In this document: positions 33,962 to 47,470 of the stretch, one piece after another
Layout of the letters: every line of letters begins with the position of its first letter
Position numbering within the stretch: position 1 is the first letter of the stretch
Assembly (NCBI RefSeq): GCF_009914755.1
Contig: NC_060940.1
DNA from: the human T2T-CHM13v2.0 reference genome, Homo sapiens
Strand: one strand, 5' to 3'
DNA length: 64,000 bases
Made by a program: the position numbers and the translations under genes
The notes under the pieces: generated by a model
Seen by the model: the letters and a program-made list of their open reading frames with translations, nothing else
The model's database searches: none
Told to the model about the DNA's origin: nothing

Positions 33962-34149
33962 CAGCATTATCCTATGAAAAGTTTCTGTGTTCTGTCATCT
34001 GGGCTGTCCTATATTAGCTGCATGACTATTGAACATTTGAAATGTGGCTAGTGCAATGGAGGAACTGAATGTTTAATTTTATTTCATTTTAATTAATTTA
34101 AATCTAAATAGTCACACGTGGCTAATGACTACTGCATTAAGCAGCGCAG
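33962..34149. mobile_element. MER3 (hAT-Charlie)
   Basis: tattgaacatttgaaatgtggctagtgcaatggaggaactgaat...aatagtcacacgtggctaatgactac. Confidence 0.8.
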
Positions 34150-35097
34150 CTTTGAAAGGTTTTATGGAAGAGAGCTACAAAATTGTATTTTCTTTAAAAA
34201 AAAATAATTCTGGCTGCAGCTTGGAGAGTGAATTGGAGGGGGTCAGGGGCAGGGGTGGGAGTGGAGTGGCCAGTTAGGAGCTTGGCCTGGAATGGGGGTA
34301 GTGGATGTGGGGAAATGTGTATGCACCACAGGCCTCAGTTATGGAGAGAATCTAGAGGGAAGGAGATGACAAGGGAGATCAGGTGGGGTCTGGAATGATG
34401 CCCAGGATCTTGGCTTGAGAAACTGGTAGATGAGGGTGCCACCACTCACCATGGCAGGATGGGCAGGAAAGGAGCATATTTGAGAGCTGGGATGGAGGAG
34501 AGGAAACATTTAGCTTTGTTGCTGGTGTGGTATACATACTGAGGTGCCACTAGGCAGCTAAATATTGGAGTCTGGAGCTTAGAACACATTCCATGGACAC
34601 TCTAGGCCTCAAAGACTGAGTATCAAGAGAAGGAGGCTGAACATTACATTGGTCAAGTGTGAAAGAATTTGAGATAAATGGGATGAAGCATGGAGATAAG
34701 TTGAGGTTTTCAATTAACAATGTTCTCATTGCCTGCATTCTTCTATTACAAGCAATTAATGGGATATTAGAGAAACAGTTTATCCTGATGTATCTACTCA
34801 CACATAACCATTTATTAAATATATAGTTGGGTAATTGCTTTCCAGTGTTTCCTAAAGCGTGGGCCAAACACTATGAGTGGTAGAGGAAATGATTTTAGGT
34901 AAACACAAACAAGAAGACATATCATAAGAAAGTTATTCTTTTTAAAAAATTTGTTTCCCCCTTCCAATGACAGAAGAAATTCTGTTTGTTGTAGGAATGT
35001 CCTGAACACTGAACACTTGCTAATCTCTATTTCAAACAAGGGGAAAATAGATCTCAAGCCCCCAGCCCTTCTCTTGGTAGGCAACAGAACTAGCTAG

Positions 35098-35416
<319 letters not shown>

Positions 35417-36591
35417 TAACATTATTTTTTATTGTATTTATTTTACAGTGAATTTCTTTTTACATACTAAATATAATTATTTTTTATTTTGAAACAACTT
35501 CAAGTTTACAGAAAAGTTTAAGCAATTTACAAAATATTTTTCATTGACCATTAGCGGGTAAGTGATATGATGCCCATAACCCCTGAATGGTTGAGTGTGT
35601 AATTTCTGCAAACACGAACATTCTCTTCATAACCACAATCAATCATCAAAATATGAGTTACCATTCAAGCCCCAGACCCCATTCAAGTTTCACCAGTTAT
35701 ACCACATGTCCTTTATAGCAAAATAATCCAACCCAGCACCACTAGATTTAGTTAGATCTCTTTCGTCTTCTTCAATTTGGAAGAGTTTCTCTTTCTTTGA
35801 CTTTTATGACCTTGACACTTGTCAAGATCACAGGACAGTTATTTTTAGAATGTACTACAATTTGCATTTGTCTGATATTTCTTCATGATTACACCAAGAT
35901 AATGCATCTTTGGCAAAATGTCACAGAAGTTACGCTGTGTTCCTCCCATTGCATCATATGGAATGGCGTACGACATTGGTGTGTCCCATTACTTTAATGT
36001 TAACTTTGATTACTTGATTAAGGTGGTGTCTGTCAAGTCTCTACACCATAAAAAAGCTACTCTTTTATTCTTTGTAATTTATAAGCATTTTATAGGGAGA
36101 TACTTTGATACTATGTAAATATCCTGTTCCTCCTCAAATTTTAAGGACTACTTTTGGCATCCATTGATGTTTTTTGGATGAATTAATCATTACTCTTGAT
36201 AGTTGCCAAACAGTGAATTTCTAATTCTATCATTCCTTCTGCTGGGAGAAAAAGCTTTCTCTTTCTTCCATTTATTTATTTATATCTATATGGACTCATA
36301 GATTCTTATTTTATTCAACTAGTTATAATCTAATACTGTCATTATTTATTTTGATGTTCAAACTGTCCCAGATTTGACCAGTGAGAGCCTTTCCAGTCTG
36401 TCTTTTCTCCTTCTCTCAGGTTTCCATCATTCTCTGAGCACTCCTTGCTTTCTGGCACAAGATTCTCCAGGCTCTTCAGCTCCAGCCTTGACACCTGCCA
36501 CTTCTCCAAAGAATCCTGGTTACTTTTGGTGGAGAATGGTATTTAGAAATTGTAAGAGCTGGGTGTTAAATGTGCTCATGGCTTTTGGCTC

Positions 36592-36593
36592 TT

Positions 36594-36627
<34 letters not shown>

Positions 36628-36655
36628 CACACACACACACAGACACACACACACT
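36592..36655. repeat. (CT)n(CA)n compound microsatellite
   Basis: Seen directly. Confidence 0.95.
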
Positions 36656-36830
36656 CTTATAAATACGTATACATATAAACATCTATATTTATTTTTAATT
36701 CTAGTTATCTCTCTGCCTATCATGAGTTCATACTGATTCCAACCTAATGCCACAGGTTTCATTCTCATTTCTCTCTTTCCATATTCTTAACTCCTTCTCC
36801 AACCACGAGAAACCTGGCTTCCATTAGCAT

Positions 36831-37639
36831 TGTTTTGGAAAAACTCTCCTACTGTGTTTCTCCTCTGCTCTCACACCAGCACAACAACAATCAACAAAGA
36901 AAACTTTCATGACTCCCGAATATGTGGGGATTTCTCCCCACCAGCAAGCAAGCAGTTAATTCTGCAGTAGACACCAACTGGGTGTCTTCCAATTCAATTC
37001 TGACCCTATCTACCTGGCGATAGTGTCAGATACCACAGGCTGTGGGCTCAGTCCCCAAGACTGCCCCCCTTCCTTCAGACACCAATCGCAAGTCTGGGCC
37101 TACAGAACTTCCGACCAATCAGCTTCAAGTTGAAGTTCCCATGAACCCCTCTGTGGGTTCAATTAATTTGCTGGAGTGGCTCACAGAACTCTGGGGAACA
37201 CTTACGTTGACTGGTGTATTAAAAGGATTTAATGAAGAGGTGTATAGGGTGGGGTATGAGAGAAGGGGTGTGGAGATTCCATGTCCTCCTGGGTTCACCA
37301 CCCTCCAGAAACCTCCCCATGTTCAGTTCTCTGGAAGCTCTCCAACCCTGTCCTCTTGGGTTTCTATGGAGGCTTCATGATGTAGGCATGATTGATTAAA
37401 CCATTGGCCATTGGTGATCAACTTGACCTTCAGCCCCCCTCCCCTCTTCCCTCCTCAGAAATTGGCAGTTGGGGCTGAAAGTCCCAACCCTCTAATCCTG
37501 CCTTGGTCATTCCAGTGACCAGCCCCACTTGAAGCTATCAGTTAACATCAACATACAAAAAAACAGCACTTTGGAGAGTTTAGGAGTTGTATGACAGGAA
37601 GTGGGGATGAAGACCAAATATATATTTCACAATATCACA
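36831..37639 (-). mobile_element. MER21A/B-like solo LTR
   Basis: tgttttggaaaaactc...gacaccaactgggtgtc...ggctcagtccccaagactgcccc...tttcacaatatcaca. Confidence 0.85.
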
Positions 37640-40600
37640 AGCTTCAATACATTTACTTTGGGAGCATTTTCCACTATACATGGCCAGTCCCCATAGCGGC
37701 CTCAATCACAGATGCCCTTCTTACTGTGCTTGGGCTCTGACACCTGACACTGGGCCATCGCTCCTCTATTCCCATGTGTTTTTGCTTCTCACCCTGCTCA
37801 GGCTCCAACACTTCTTGTCAGCTGCTGCTACCCTCACCCCTCAACACACACAGCTGCCCTCCCATCTTGGACCTGACACCCTGTGCTGACTGCTGCCATC
37901 CCTCCCCATGGTTGTTCTCTTTACCAAGCTAGGACTCCAACACTCCACACTAGATTACATGGTTGCCCTCTTAGGGTACCCCATGGTCCCTGCTGTTAAC
38001 TGCCCCTCCCCGACACATGGCTGTGTTTCATTCTTCTCAAGCTTCAACACCTTGCACTGGGGCATTACCACCACTGCCTACCACCCTCATGCACTGACTC
38101 TGACATCCCATCCCATGCTGCAGGGATGCCCTTCTTCTTTCACTTGTGACACCTCACATAGGGCTGCCTCAAAACCCACACAGACCTACCTTGCTTGGGC
38201 CCACGTGACGGCTTTTGGACTGAATTTTTCGGAAAGAAAGGAAAGAGAGAGGAAGAAAAGAGGGCAGGAAGGGATGGAGGGAGGAAGGGAGGAAGAAAGC
38301 TATAGTTACTTTCTGTTCTAAAAATGAATAGCTAACATTCATTTTTCACTTACAGAATATATGCTGTTCTTTTTTAAAAATATACTTTATTTTTTAAGAG
38401 CAGTTTTAGATACACAGCAAAATTGAGAGGAAGGCATGGAGATATTCAGTATACCCACTGCCTCTGCACATGTAGAGTCTCCCCATTAACAATATCCTGC
38501 ACCAGAGTCATACATTTGTTACAATTGATGAACCGTCATTAATACATCATTATCACCCAAAATCCATGGTTTACATTAGGGTTCACTCCTTATCATGTAC
38601 AGTCCATGGGTTTGAACAAATGTATAATAACATTTATTCACCGTTATAGTTCTTATGGAGTCATTTCATTGCTCTCAAAATTCCCTGTCTCTGTCTATTT
38701 ATCCCTCTCTACCCTCAACCCCGGCAACTGATCCTTTTGTATTTCTGTAATTTTGCCTTTTCCAGCATATCATATATTTGGAATCATACAGTATGTAGCA
38801 TTATAAGATTGGCTTCTTTCACTTAGTAATATGCATTTAAATCTCCTTCATGTCTTTTCATGGCTTGATAGTTCATTTCTTTTTAGACCTTAATAATATT
38901 CCATTGTCTGAATGTATCACAGTTTATTTATCCATTCACCTACTGAAAGACATCTTTATTGCTTCTAAGTTTTGGCAACAGATTGTAGAGAATTGGTATA
39001 ATTTCTTTCTTAAATGTTTGGTAGAGCTCACCAGTGAGCTCACGTGGGCCTGGTGCTTTCAGAGTTGGAAGGTTATTAATTAATAGTTTAATTTCTTCAG
39101 TAGATATAGGCCTATTCGGAATGTCTATTTCTTCTTTTGTAAGTTTTTGAAGATTATATATTTCAAGGAATTTGTCCATTCATGTAAGATATAAAATTTG
39201 TGGGCATAGAGTAATTCATAAAGTTTTTTTATTATCCATGTAATGGCCACAGGATCTGTACTGATGTCTCCTCTTTCACTTCTGATAGTAGTGATTTACG
39301 TAATCTCCATTTTTCTTAGCCTAGCTAGAGGCTTATGGACTTAATTAATGTTTTCAAAGAAACAACTTTTGTTTTTTCTTAATTTTCTCTATTGATTTCC
39401 TGTTTTCAATTTCATTGATTTCTGCTTTAATTTTTTATATCCTTATTTTGAATATAAGTTTTATTGTTATTGAGTTGTAAAACATCCTAAACTCCAGTAT
39501 CTTTTTTGTTAACAGAGAATATATGAAACTGTTGGACTAATGTTGAAAAATATACTATGCATATTTGAAAGAAAATAACCATTAATTTTTTGTTTTTACA
39601 GTAGAGACATCTTGGCCAGAAGCAATGCAACAACAAACAAACTTTAAAAGATAAAAAACACTTGAATCTTCATTCAATATTATTGTTAATATTATTTGTC
39701 AATTCATATTTATATTATTTGTCAAATTGTATTGCCGATATACAAACATGGCTTAAAACTTGGAAAGAATATATCGCTTGTTTATTTAATCATTGGAAAA
39801 TTCCTCAGATTATTTTTCTGTGACATAGAAAAGACCGAATATTTGAAACAACAGTTCTTTGCACCCACAAGATTATTGGCACAAAAATGAAGTTGAGGTT
39901 TAGGTTGAGGGAGTTGACCATGAGTACCGTGAATTATTTGAACATTGTTTATTTACATGTGATGAAAACTACTAAATAGGCAATAAAGTAATGAATAGTA
40001 AAGGCCATCCAAAAAAGTGGGGACAGGAAAGAAGAAAGGAATTTGGAAGAATGGATCAGAGACACTTTCACTATATACCACATATAATTGGATGTTGCAG
40101 CAAGAAGTCACACTGATCAACACAGGTTGCATCAGGAGTTTGCAAACCTAACCACATCCCACAAACCTCTTTGGTGGCAGAATTCTAGATACTGCTCCTC
40201 AGTGACTGTGCTGACATAGCTTAAAGCAGAAATCTATTTGTGTGCATTTATTTTGTGTAAATCTGAATTTTGAAATATTGTGACACAAAAAAGTGGATTT
40301 CTTCCATTCTGATGCTAATGTGAGGTATCAATGCTCTAATTCAGTCCATTTTCCAGAGTGTGAGTCTCAATGCAATAGCACTTTATCAGTTATCTGAGAC
40401 TGTTACAGAACTACTTTTTCATTATAAATTATATTTTACATTATTAAATTGAAACAAACATATCGTGGAGGTGAGTGAACATATCCATTACTTTTTTTAG
40501 ATATGACAATATTTTTTAATTTTTTTAGAAGAAAAGAAGAGGTATTTGTATATTGTAACATGGAGACTGAATAGAATTTGAGTAAGGAAAATCCCGTTTA

Positions 40601-40694
40601 TGAGCAAGATCTTTAAAAATGTAACTTTCAAGTAGAAATTCAACAGCAGTTTATTATGGCATGTATTAGAAGTTGATGGAATTAATGGTAGATT

Positions 40695-41043
40695 ATATAT
40701 TTTTTTAAATGCGTTATTGATTAAAAAATATTTAGATTAAGGGGAGACACGTGCATGTGCGTTACATGGGTATATTGCACAATGATGGGGATTGGACCTC
40801 CAGTGTACCCATTACCCAAATGTTGAACACAGTCTTCAATAAGCAGTTTCTCAGTCCTCACTCTCCCTCACCTTATCCCCTCCTGTAGTCCCCAGTGTCT
40901 ATTATTTTCATTCTTATATCCATGTGTACCCATTGTTTAGCTCCTATTTATAGGTGAGATCATGTGCTATTTGATTTTCTGCTTCTGAGTTAGTTCACTT
41001 AGGATAATGGACTCCAGTTCTACCCATGTTGCTGCAAAAGACA
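40695..41043 (-). mobile_element. 5'-truncated L1PB-type 3' end
   Basis: tttagattaaggggagacacgtgcatgtgcgttacatgggtatattgca...cccatgttgctgcaaaagac. Confidence 0.85.
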
Positions 41044-41771
41044 ATTTTTATTAATTCTTTTATTCTGCTTACTTGAATTTAATTTGCTCTTCTTTTTCTA
41101 ATTTTCTCACATGGAAGCTTAGATTATTAATTTTGGATCTTTCTTCTTTTCTAATATATGCATTTAGTGCTATAAATTTCCCTTGAAGCACTGCTTTTGC
41201 TGCATCCTACACATTTTGATAAGTTGTATTTTTATTTTTATCTTATTCAAAACTTTTAAAAATATCTCTTGAGATTTCTTCTTTTACAAATGTGTTAGAA
41301 ATGCATTTTTAAATCTCCAAATATTTTGGGATTTTCCAGCTATCTTTCTGTTGATTACTAGTTTAACTCCATTGTGGTCTAAGAGTAGACACTGCATGAT
41401 TTCTATTCTTTTAAATGTGCACAGGTGTGTTTTATGGTTCAAAATGTGGTCTAACTTGGTAAATTTTCCATGGGAGCTTTAGAAGAATGTGTATTCTGCT
41501 GTTGTTGGATTAAGTAGTCTATAGATGTCTATTATATCCAGTTGATTAATTACTTTTTCATTCTTTCCTAGGATTTCCATCTCTCTGCTTACATTGCCCA
41601 TCTGTTCTTACATGCTGTCTACTTTGTCCATTAGAGCCTTTAGCATATTAATCATAGTTGTTTTAAATTCCCAATCTGCTCATTCTAACATTCCTGCCAT
41701 ATGTGAATCTGGTTCTGATGCTTGCTCTGTCTCTTTAAACTGTGTTTTTTGCCTTTTTGTATGCTTTGTAA

Positions 41772-42063
41772 TTTGTTTTTAGAAATAGGCTCTTGCTCTG
41801 TTGCCCAGGCTGGAATGCAGTGGTATGATCACTGCTGACTGCAGCCTCGATCTCCTGGGTTCAAGCAATCTTCCTACTTTAGCCTCTGAGTACCTGTGAC
41901 TATAGGTATGTGCCAAAATGACTGGCTAATTTTTTAATTTTTTTGTAGAGACAGGGTCTCACTGTGTTGCCTAGGCTAGTATTGAACTCCTGAGCTCAAG
42001 TAACACTCCTGCCTCAACCTCCCAAAGTGCTGGGATTACAGGCATGAGCCACTGCACCCAGAC
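41772..42063 (-). mobile_element. AluJ
   Basis: actgcagcctcgatctcctgggttcaagcaatc...tttgtagagacagggtctcactgtgttgcc; flanked by tgtaattt repeats. Confidence 0.93.
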
Positions 42064-42913
42064 TGTAATTTTTTTTTTTTTTTTGAGAGCCAGGCATGAT
42101 GTACTGGGTAAAAGGAACTGTAGTAATAAAGCCTTTAGTAATGTAATGGTTAAGGTGTAGGGGATAGGAAGCATGCTCTAGTCTTATGATTAGGACTGTT
42201 GAGTCCTATGATCAGTCTGTTGGTGAGCTCGTACCCCTGGGTGGTAGGCTTCACAAATGCTTCTCAGGCCCCCTTAACTCCACCCTTAGGTAGGACACAC
42301 TGGCCAGAGTAGGCTGGAGTTGGGTATTTTTGTTTCCCCAGGTCAGTTAGGTTCGGATAAAATTCCAGAAGTATAAATTCTGGTAAACTAGCTTCTCCTA
42401 AGGACAGGTCTTGTTAAGAAGAATGCTCTGGCATATTTCAGAGTGATTCATTTTCTCCTTCCTCTGTTGGAAGCACAAGAGGATTTTTCTCCAATATTCA
42501 CTGTGAGAAACTGATATTGCTGCTGGAGGTGTAAAACATACAAGTGTGGGGGCCCCGCACGACTAGGTCCCCCTGGAGGTTTAACTTTCAGACTTGTCTG
42601 CAAGGAGCCTCTAGCAATTTTTCATTTACAGTTCAGGTTTTTCTATCCAAGTACTGGATTCTGCTGAGGTTTCGGGTCATGGGTTTCTGCTCCGGGAAGT
42701 TTTGGTTGTTTGTATTTACCTGTCTGTCTCTCCAAATATGGAGGGCAACAGTCTGCCCTCTGGCCTTACTTCTCTTATGGATCTGAGAAGAGTTGTTGAT
42801 TTTTCAGCTTGCTCAGATTTTGACTTGTTGGGGCAGAGTGTCAATTTCCAAGTTCCTTACATGCCACATCAGTAGTGGAAAGTCTAAAATATTTTTAAAA
42901 ATATATTTATTTG

Positions 42914-44368
42914 TATGGTTCAACATATGCAAATCAATAAATGGGATTCCCCACATAAACAGAATTAAAAAAAAAAACAGTATGATCATCTCATGGATGC
43001 AGAAAAAGTATTCAATAGAATTCAACATCCATTCATTATAAAAATTCTCAATAAACTAGGCAGCAAAGGAACATACTTCAAAATAATAAGAGTCATATAT
43101 GACAAACCCACAGCCAGCATCATACTGAACAAGCAAAAGCTGAAGCTATTCTCCTTCAGAACCAGAGCAAAATAAGGATGCCCACTCTCCCCACTCATAT
43201 TCCACATAGCCCTGGAAGTCCTCGCCAGAGCAATCAAGCAAGAGAAAGGAATAAAGAGCATCCAAATAGGAAAAGAGGAAGTCAAATTATCTGTTTGCTG
43301 ATGATATGACTTTTTACCTAGAAACTCCAAAGATTCCTCCAAAAGACTCCTAGACCTGAAAAACAACTTCAGCAACATTTCAGGATACAAAATCAATGCA
43401 TAAAAATCAGTAGTATCTCTATACATTAATAACATTCAAGCTGAGAGCCAAGTCAAGAATGTGATCCCATTTACAGTAGCCACATACAAAAAGTACCTAA
43501 GAATTCATCTAATCAAAGAGATGAATGACCTCTACAAGGAGAACTACAAAACACTGATGAAAGAAATCACAGACAACAGAAATTCCATGCTCATGTATTG
43601 AATCAGTATCATTAAAATGTACATACTGTCAAAAGCAATCTACAGATTCAAAGCAATGAGAAACCATCTCAAACCAATCAGAATGACCATTATTAAAAAG
43701 TCAAAAAACAGCAGATGCTGGTGAGGATGCTGAGAAAAAGGAACTCTTACATATTGTTGGAATGTAAATTAATTTAGCCCTTGTGGAAAGCAGTTTGGAG
43801 ATTCCTCAAAGAGCTAAAAATAGAACTACCATTAAATCCTGCAATCCCATTACTGGCTATGTACCCAAATGAAAAGAAATATTTCTACCCAAAAGACATC
43901 TGCAGTCATGTGTTTATTGCAGCACTATTCGCAGTAGCAAAGTCATGGATTCAACCCAGGAACCCATCAATGGTGGATTGGATGAAGGAAATATGGTACA
44001 TATATACCATAGAATAGTATGCAATTGTTAAAAAAAGAACAAAATCACGTTCTTTGCAGCAACACAGATGCATCTGGAGGCCATTATCCTAAGTGAATTA
44101 ATGTGGAAACAGAAAATCAAATAATGGATGTTCTCACTAATAAGTGGGAGCTAAACATTGAATACATTTGGACATAAAGATGACAATAGACATTGGGAAT
44201 TCCAAAAGGTGGGAGAGAGGAAGTGGGACAAGGGCTGAAACACTATCCATTGGGTACTGTGTTCTCTATTTGGGGGATGGGTTCAATAAATGCCCAAGCC
44301 TTAGCATTATACCATACACCCATGAAACACATCTGCACATGGACTCCTGAATCTAAAATTTAAAAAAT
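42914..44368 (+). mobile_element. 5'-truncated L1PB-type element with an internal deletion of about 0.85 kb
   Basis: ORF2 RT region ([14 protein letters not shown]), 3' end ctgcacatggactcctgaatctaaaat; TSD atatatttatttg at 42901-42913 and 44369-44381. Confidence 0.9.
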
Positions 44369-45299
44369 ATATATTTATTTGGATTAAAAAGTGAATCTGA
44401 ATAAAAGGACAATTTTATGAAATAATAATACAATTTGTATTGTAATAGTTTAAGTTTGGGAAACTGTGCTGTTGCCCAAAGGGGTTGGGGCAGAAATGAT
44501 CTCTTCCTTTGTTAACTTCAGCTCTCTGGCCCAGTAACTACTCCACTGTGCGTATGTAGTTTCTTAACCACACAAAGTCCACATGCATATTCCAGTGACC
44601 ATTTGCACCTGAAACAAAAGGTGTACACAGCGGAGAGCCCCTGCTTTGTCAGCTGTGATTTATGAGCTCCTGTGTTTGGAGGAGCTGCTGCTGCAGGCTG
44701 CACTGACTCAGCACCTGAGGGCAGCCTGTCCAAACGTTCTAGCCCCTGAACGCATGTCTATGTACTCCCTGTCCAGACCTGGAACCCCAGGAGTGCTTTG
44801 CTTCTCACTACATGCCCATTTCACCCCCAGCATTTCTCTCCTTTCTCCTCCTCAGTTTGGAGAAGATGCCCTCTGCTCCCATCCCAGATAGCCTCCCTAT
44901 CTCCTCTCAGCCGTGCCAATTTGACCAGCCTCAGGTCTCCCTCTGCACAACTGTGAGGCTTACCTGGGCACCCTATTCACTTCCCTTTTGGCACCTCTTT
45001 TCACCACAGCTCCCCTCACTTTGCATGAGTTTGTCCTAGAAGGGTGGGAAAAAAGATGATCAGAAATCAAGACTTCAAGTTGTCCTTGACTGTTACAAAT
45101 GTGTATGGGTGTGTGTGAATCGGAGCTGTTGTTAAATGAGCAAGTCACTAAACATTCCCAAGTTTAATTCCTTCGAGTGATCCTCTAGACTTCTAGGCTG
45201 TCTTGAATCAAATGCCCTTTATCCTATTATCACTCTGATATCTATTCAGGAAACACCTCACTGTACACTTTGAAGAAGGACAGTGCTTATGTCCATCTC

Positions 45300-45652
45300 T
45301 TACCATGGAAGCAGAGGCTCTCAAATCCTTCCTCCACTTTCCCTCCATCCTCCATCCTCCATCCCAGCCAGGAGACAGAAATGTGCTGTAAGTTCAGTCC
45401 ATCAGCTTCTGTCTTGTATGACCTTGATGACTGGGAAAAGGTGGGAGACCATCTGGCAGTTGGCTCCCTGCCGGTGGAGGAAGGAAGCATAGGCCAGAGA
45501 GGTCCTGTGGCCTGACCCACCCAAGCCTGTTTCTCTGACCTCCTGGTGATTCTTTGAACCTCCAATATCCTTTCATTACATTCCCTTTTTTCCTAAGAGA
45601 CCAAATATTTCTGCCTTTTTTTTTTTTTTGCAACCAAGAGTCTGATTGACAT
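45300..45652 (+). mobile_element. Old MLT1 LTR 3' fragment
   Basis: acattcccttttttcctaag...ttgcaaccaagagtctgattgaca. Confidence 0.45.
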
Positions 45653-45659
45653 AGCCTTT

Positions 45660-45765
45660 GCCTGTAAGAATAATAATATCTACCTCACAGGGATTTTGTG
45701 ATTATTAAATGAGAAAGCATGAGAGCATGCCAACACTCCTAGCTTGGTGCCTGGAATATGCAAAC
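45660..45765 (+). mobile_element. MIR fragment
   Basis: aataataatatctacctcacagggattttgtgattattaaatgagaa...gtgcctgg. Confidence 0.7.
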
Positions 45766-46609
45766 TGGTTTACAGAAAGCTTAGGATGTGTCAGACCCTG
45801 AGATAAGCAATACACAACCTTAGCTCATGGAGTCCCCCAATGAATCTATAGAGAAAGTATTACCATTTTGCCAAGCTGGAAACTAACGCAGGGGGAAGTT
45901 AGGTAACTGACAAAGGCCATTCTTTTGTAAGACAGGATTGGGCTTTGTTTCCAGGCCTACCCAATATTAAAAATCTTGATCACCTCTCCTCCTTCTTCAT
46001 TTCTGTGTCTTCCTGCTCAACTCAGCTTTGAGAACTATCAATGTGGGTTTGGAAGTGAAATCAAAAGCAGTCGTAGGGGCTAGAAACCTAGAATGCAGCC
46101 TCTCAGGTAAGGTCCTCAGGCACTACCTCTACTAACTCTGATGGTAACACCTCTGATATGTAGAGTAGAATCGTGTTTGCCTCATTCTTACCCTGAGATG
46201 TCTCCTGAACATGAGGCCATGAGCTGGGACAAAAGTCAGCCAAGGAGAGCAGCTAGTGTTGCTTTGGGCCTCACAGGCTATGAGCTTCCTGAAAATGTGA
46301 CTTGGCGTGGAGGCTAGGCACAAATGGAAACAGAGAGTGTGGGTTAACTGGAGAAAGATCCCTGCAATGGTTTTGAAGGTTGTTGGGAAATTTCCGTGGG
46401 ACAGAGTTGCAGAAGAGGAAGGAGTAGGGGGAGGGGGAGTGAGGAGGAGGGTGGGCTGTGTGAGTTTGCATCCTCTGCTTAGTTCCCGCTGACCAGAACA
46501 GAAAACTGGCCACGAGAGGCCTCAGCTCCGTTCTGCAACATCCCTGGAGTCTGCGGAAGCCCCTCCAGCAGCTCCAGGGCCTTGAAAATTCTGGTACTTG
46601 TGGCATCTA

Positions 46610-47065
46610 CCTTGGTATCAGCCAGAACTGCAATGAGCTGGCTTACAACCAGCTTTCAAAGGGAGAATTCATAAGCCTAGCCAGCAGGCAACTGAGGGGT
46701 GGACCACCTTCAGGCACAATTGGATCCAGGTGCTCAGATAGTGTCTTCAGAACTCTCTTTTTCCCCAGGCTTGGTCTGGCTTTCCTTTGTCGGCTTCTTT
46801 CTCAGCAGGATCCGTCATGATGGAAAACACCCCCACCAGCTCCAGGCCAACCCCCTCCAGCTGAACAATCAGAGGGAAAAGAGAGCACCTCTTTTCCAGT
46901 AGTTCCCAGAGCAAGTCCTAGGCCTGATTCTTATTGGTCCAACCTGATTGTGTGCACATCCCTGAGCCAGTTGCCATGGTCAGAGGTATAAACTACCCTT
47001 TTGGCCATGCCTGTGAAATGGAGAGGGTGGGATGAGGTCAACTCACACCATGAGGACTGAGCCTG
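46610..47065 (-). mobile_element. MLT1K-like LTR
   Basis: cttcaggcacaattggatccaggtgctcaga...ccagctccaggcc...gattcttattggtcc...catccctgagccagt. Confidence 0.7.
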
Positions 47066-47268
47066 GAGCAGAATCCATTACAGTCTTCTGGATTTCTGCA
47101 CCACTGAAGGAAGAGAAGACTAGCCTTCCCACTCTGCTTCTGCGATCAGCTACCTTGCCCATGCCCAGCTGAACTCTGCTGCAATTTGGAGACAGGGAGA
47201 AGGGGCTTTGTTCTGAGGGCAGAAGACCAACATTAGATTTTTGCACGGTGGCCCTTTTGTTTGTTTGT

Positions 47269-47470
47269 TTCTTCTTCTTCTTCTTCTTCTTCTTCTTCTT
47301 CTTCTTCTTCTTCTTCTTCTTCTTCTTCTTCTTCTTCTTCTTCTTCTCTTCTTCTTCTTCCTCTTCTTCTTCTTCTTCCTCTTCTTCTTCTTCTTCTTTC
47401 TTCTTCTTCTTCTTCCTCTTCTCCTCCTCCTCCTCTTCTTCTTCTTCCTTTCTTCTTCTTCTTTTTCTTC
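47269..47470 (-). repeat. (TTC)26 pure run followed by an interrupted TTC/CTC tract (GAA on the minus strand)
   Basis: Uninterrupted ttc from 47269 to 47346 (78 bp), then pyrimidine-only sequence to about 47470. Confidence 0.97.

Larger units (their letters stand above)
31890..34610 (-). mobile_element. L2 (host of the MER39/LTR12 and MER3 insertions)
   Basis: ttcattcatt...tgtgccaggtgctatgctaggcactagaga|tacaatggtgaacaaaa rejoins across 31955-33480; L2 body continues to about 34600. Confidence 0.8.
35478..38300 (-). mobile_element. L1MC4/L1MC5-type 3' region, split by MER21
   Basis: ttttattttgaaacaacttcaagtttacagaaaagtt...; C-rich internal repeats at 37700-38200; cccacgtgacggcttttggactgaatt plus a purine run. 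Confidence 0.7.
38372..42885 (-). mobile_element. L1MC1/2-type element with large internal deletions; 3' end at left, 5' region at about 41560-42885
   Basis: ttaagagcagttttagatacacagcaaaattgag...; ORF2 piece 38940-39179 (MDKFLEIYNLQKL...PGPRELTGELYQTFK); interrupted at 39438-41042 and by an AluJ. Confidence 0.8.

Noticed and set aside
37700-38200. Degenerate C-rich tandem units (gccctcctcaccctgctcaggctc..acac)
   Set aside because: Consistent with the internal repeats of the L1MC5-type 3' region, not an independent minisatellite. The 137-aa ORF here is incidental.
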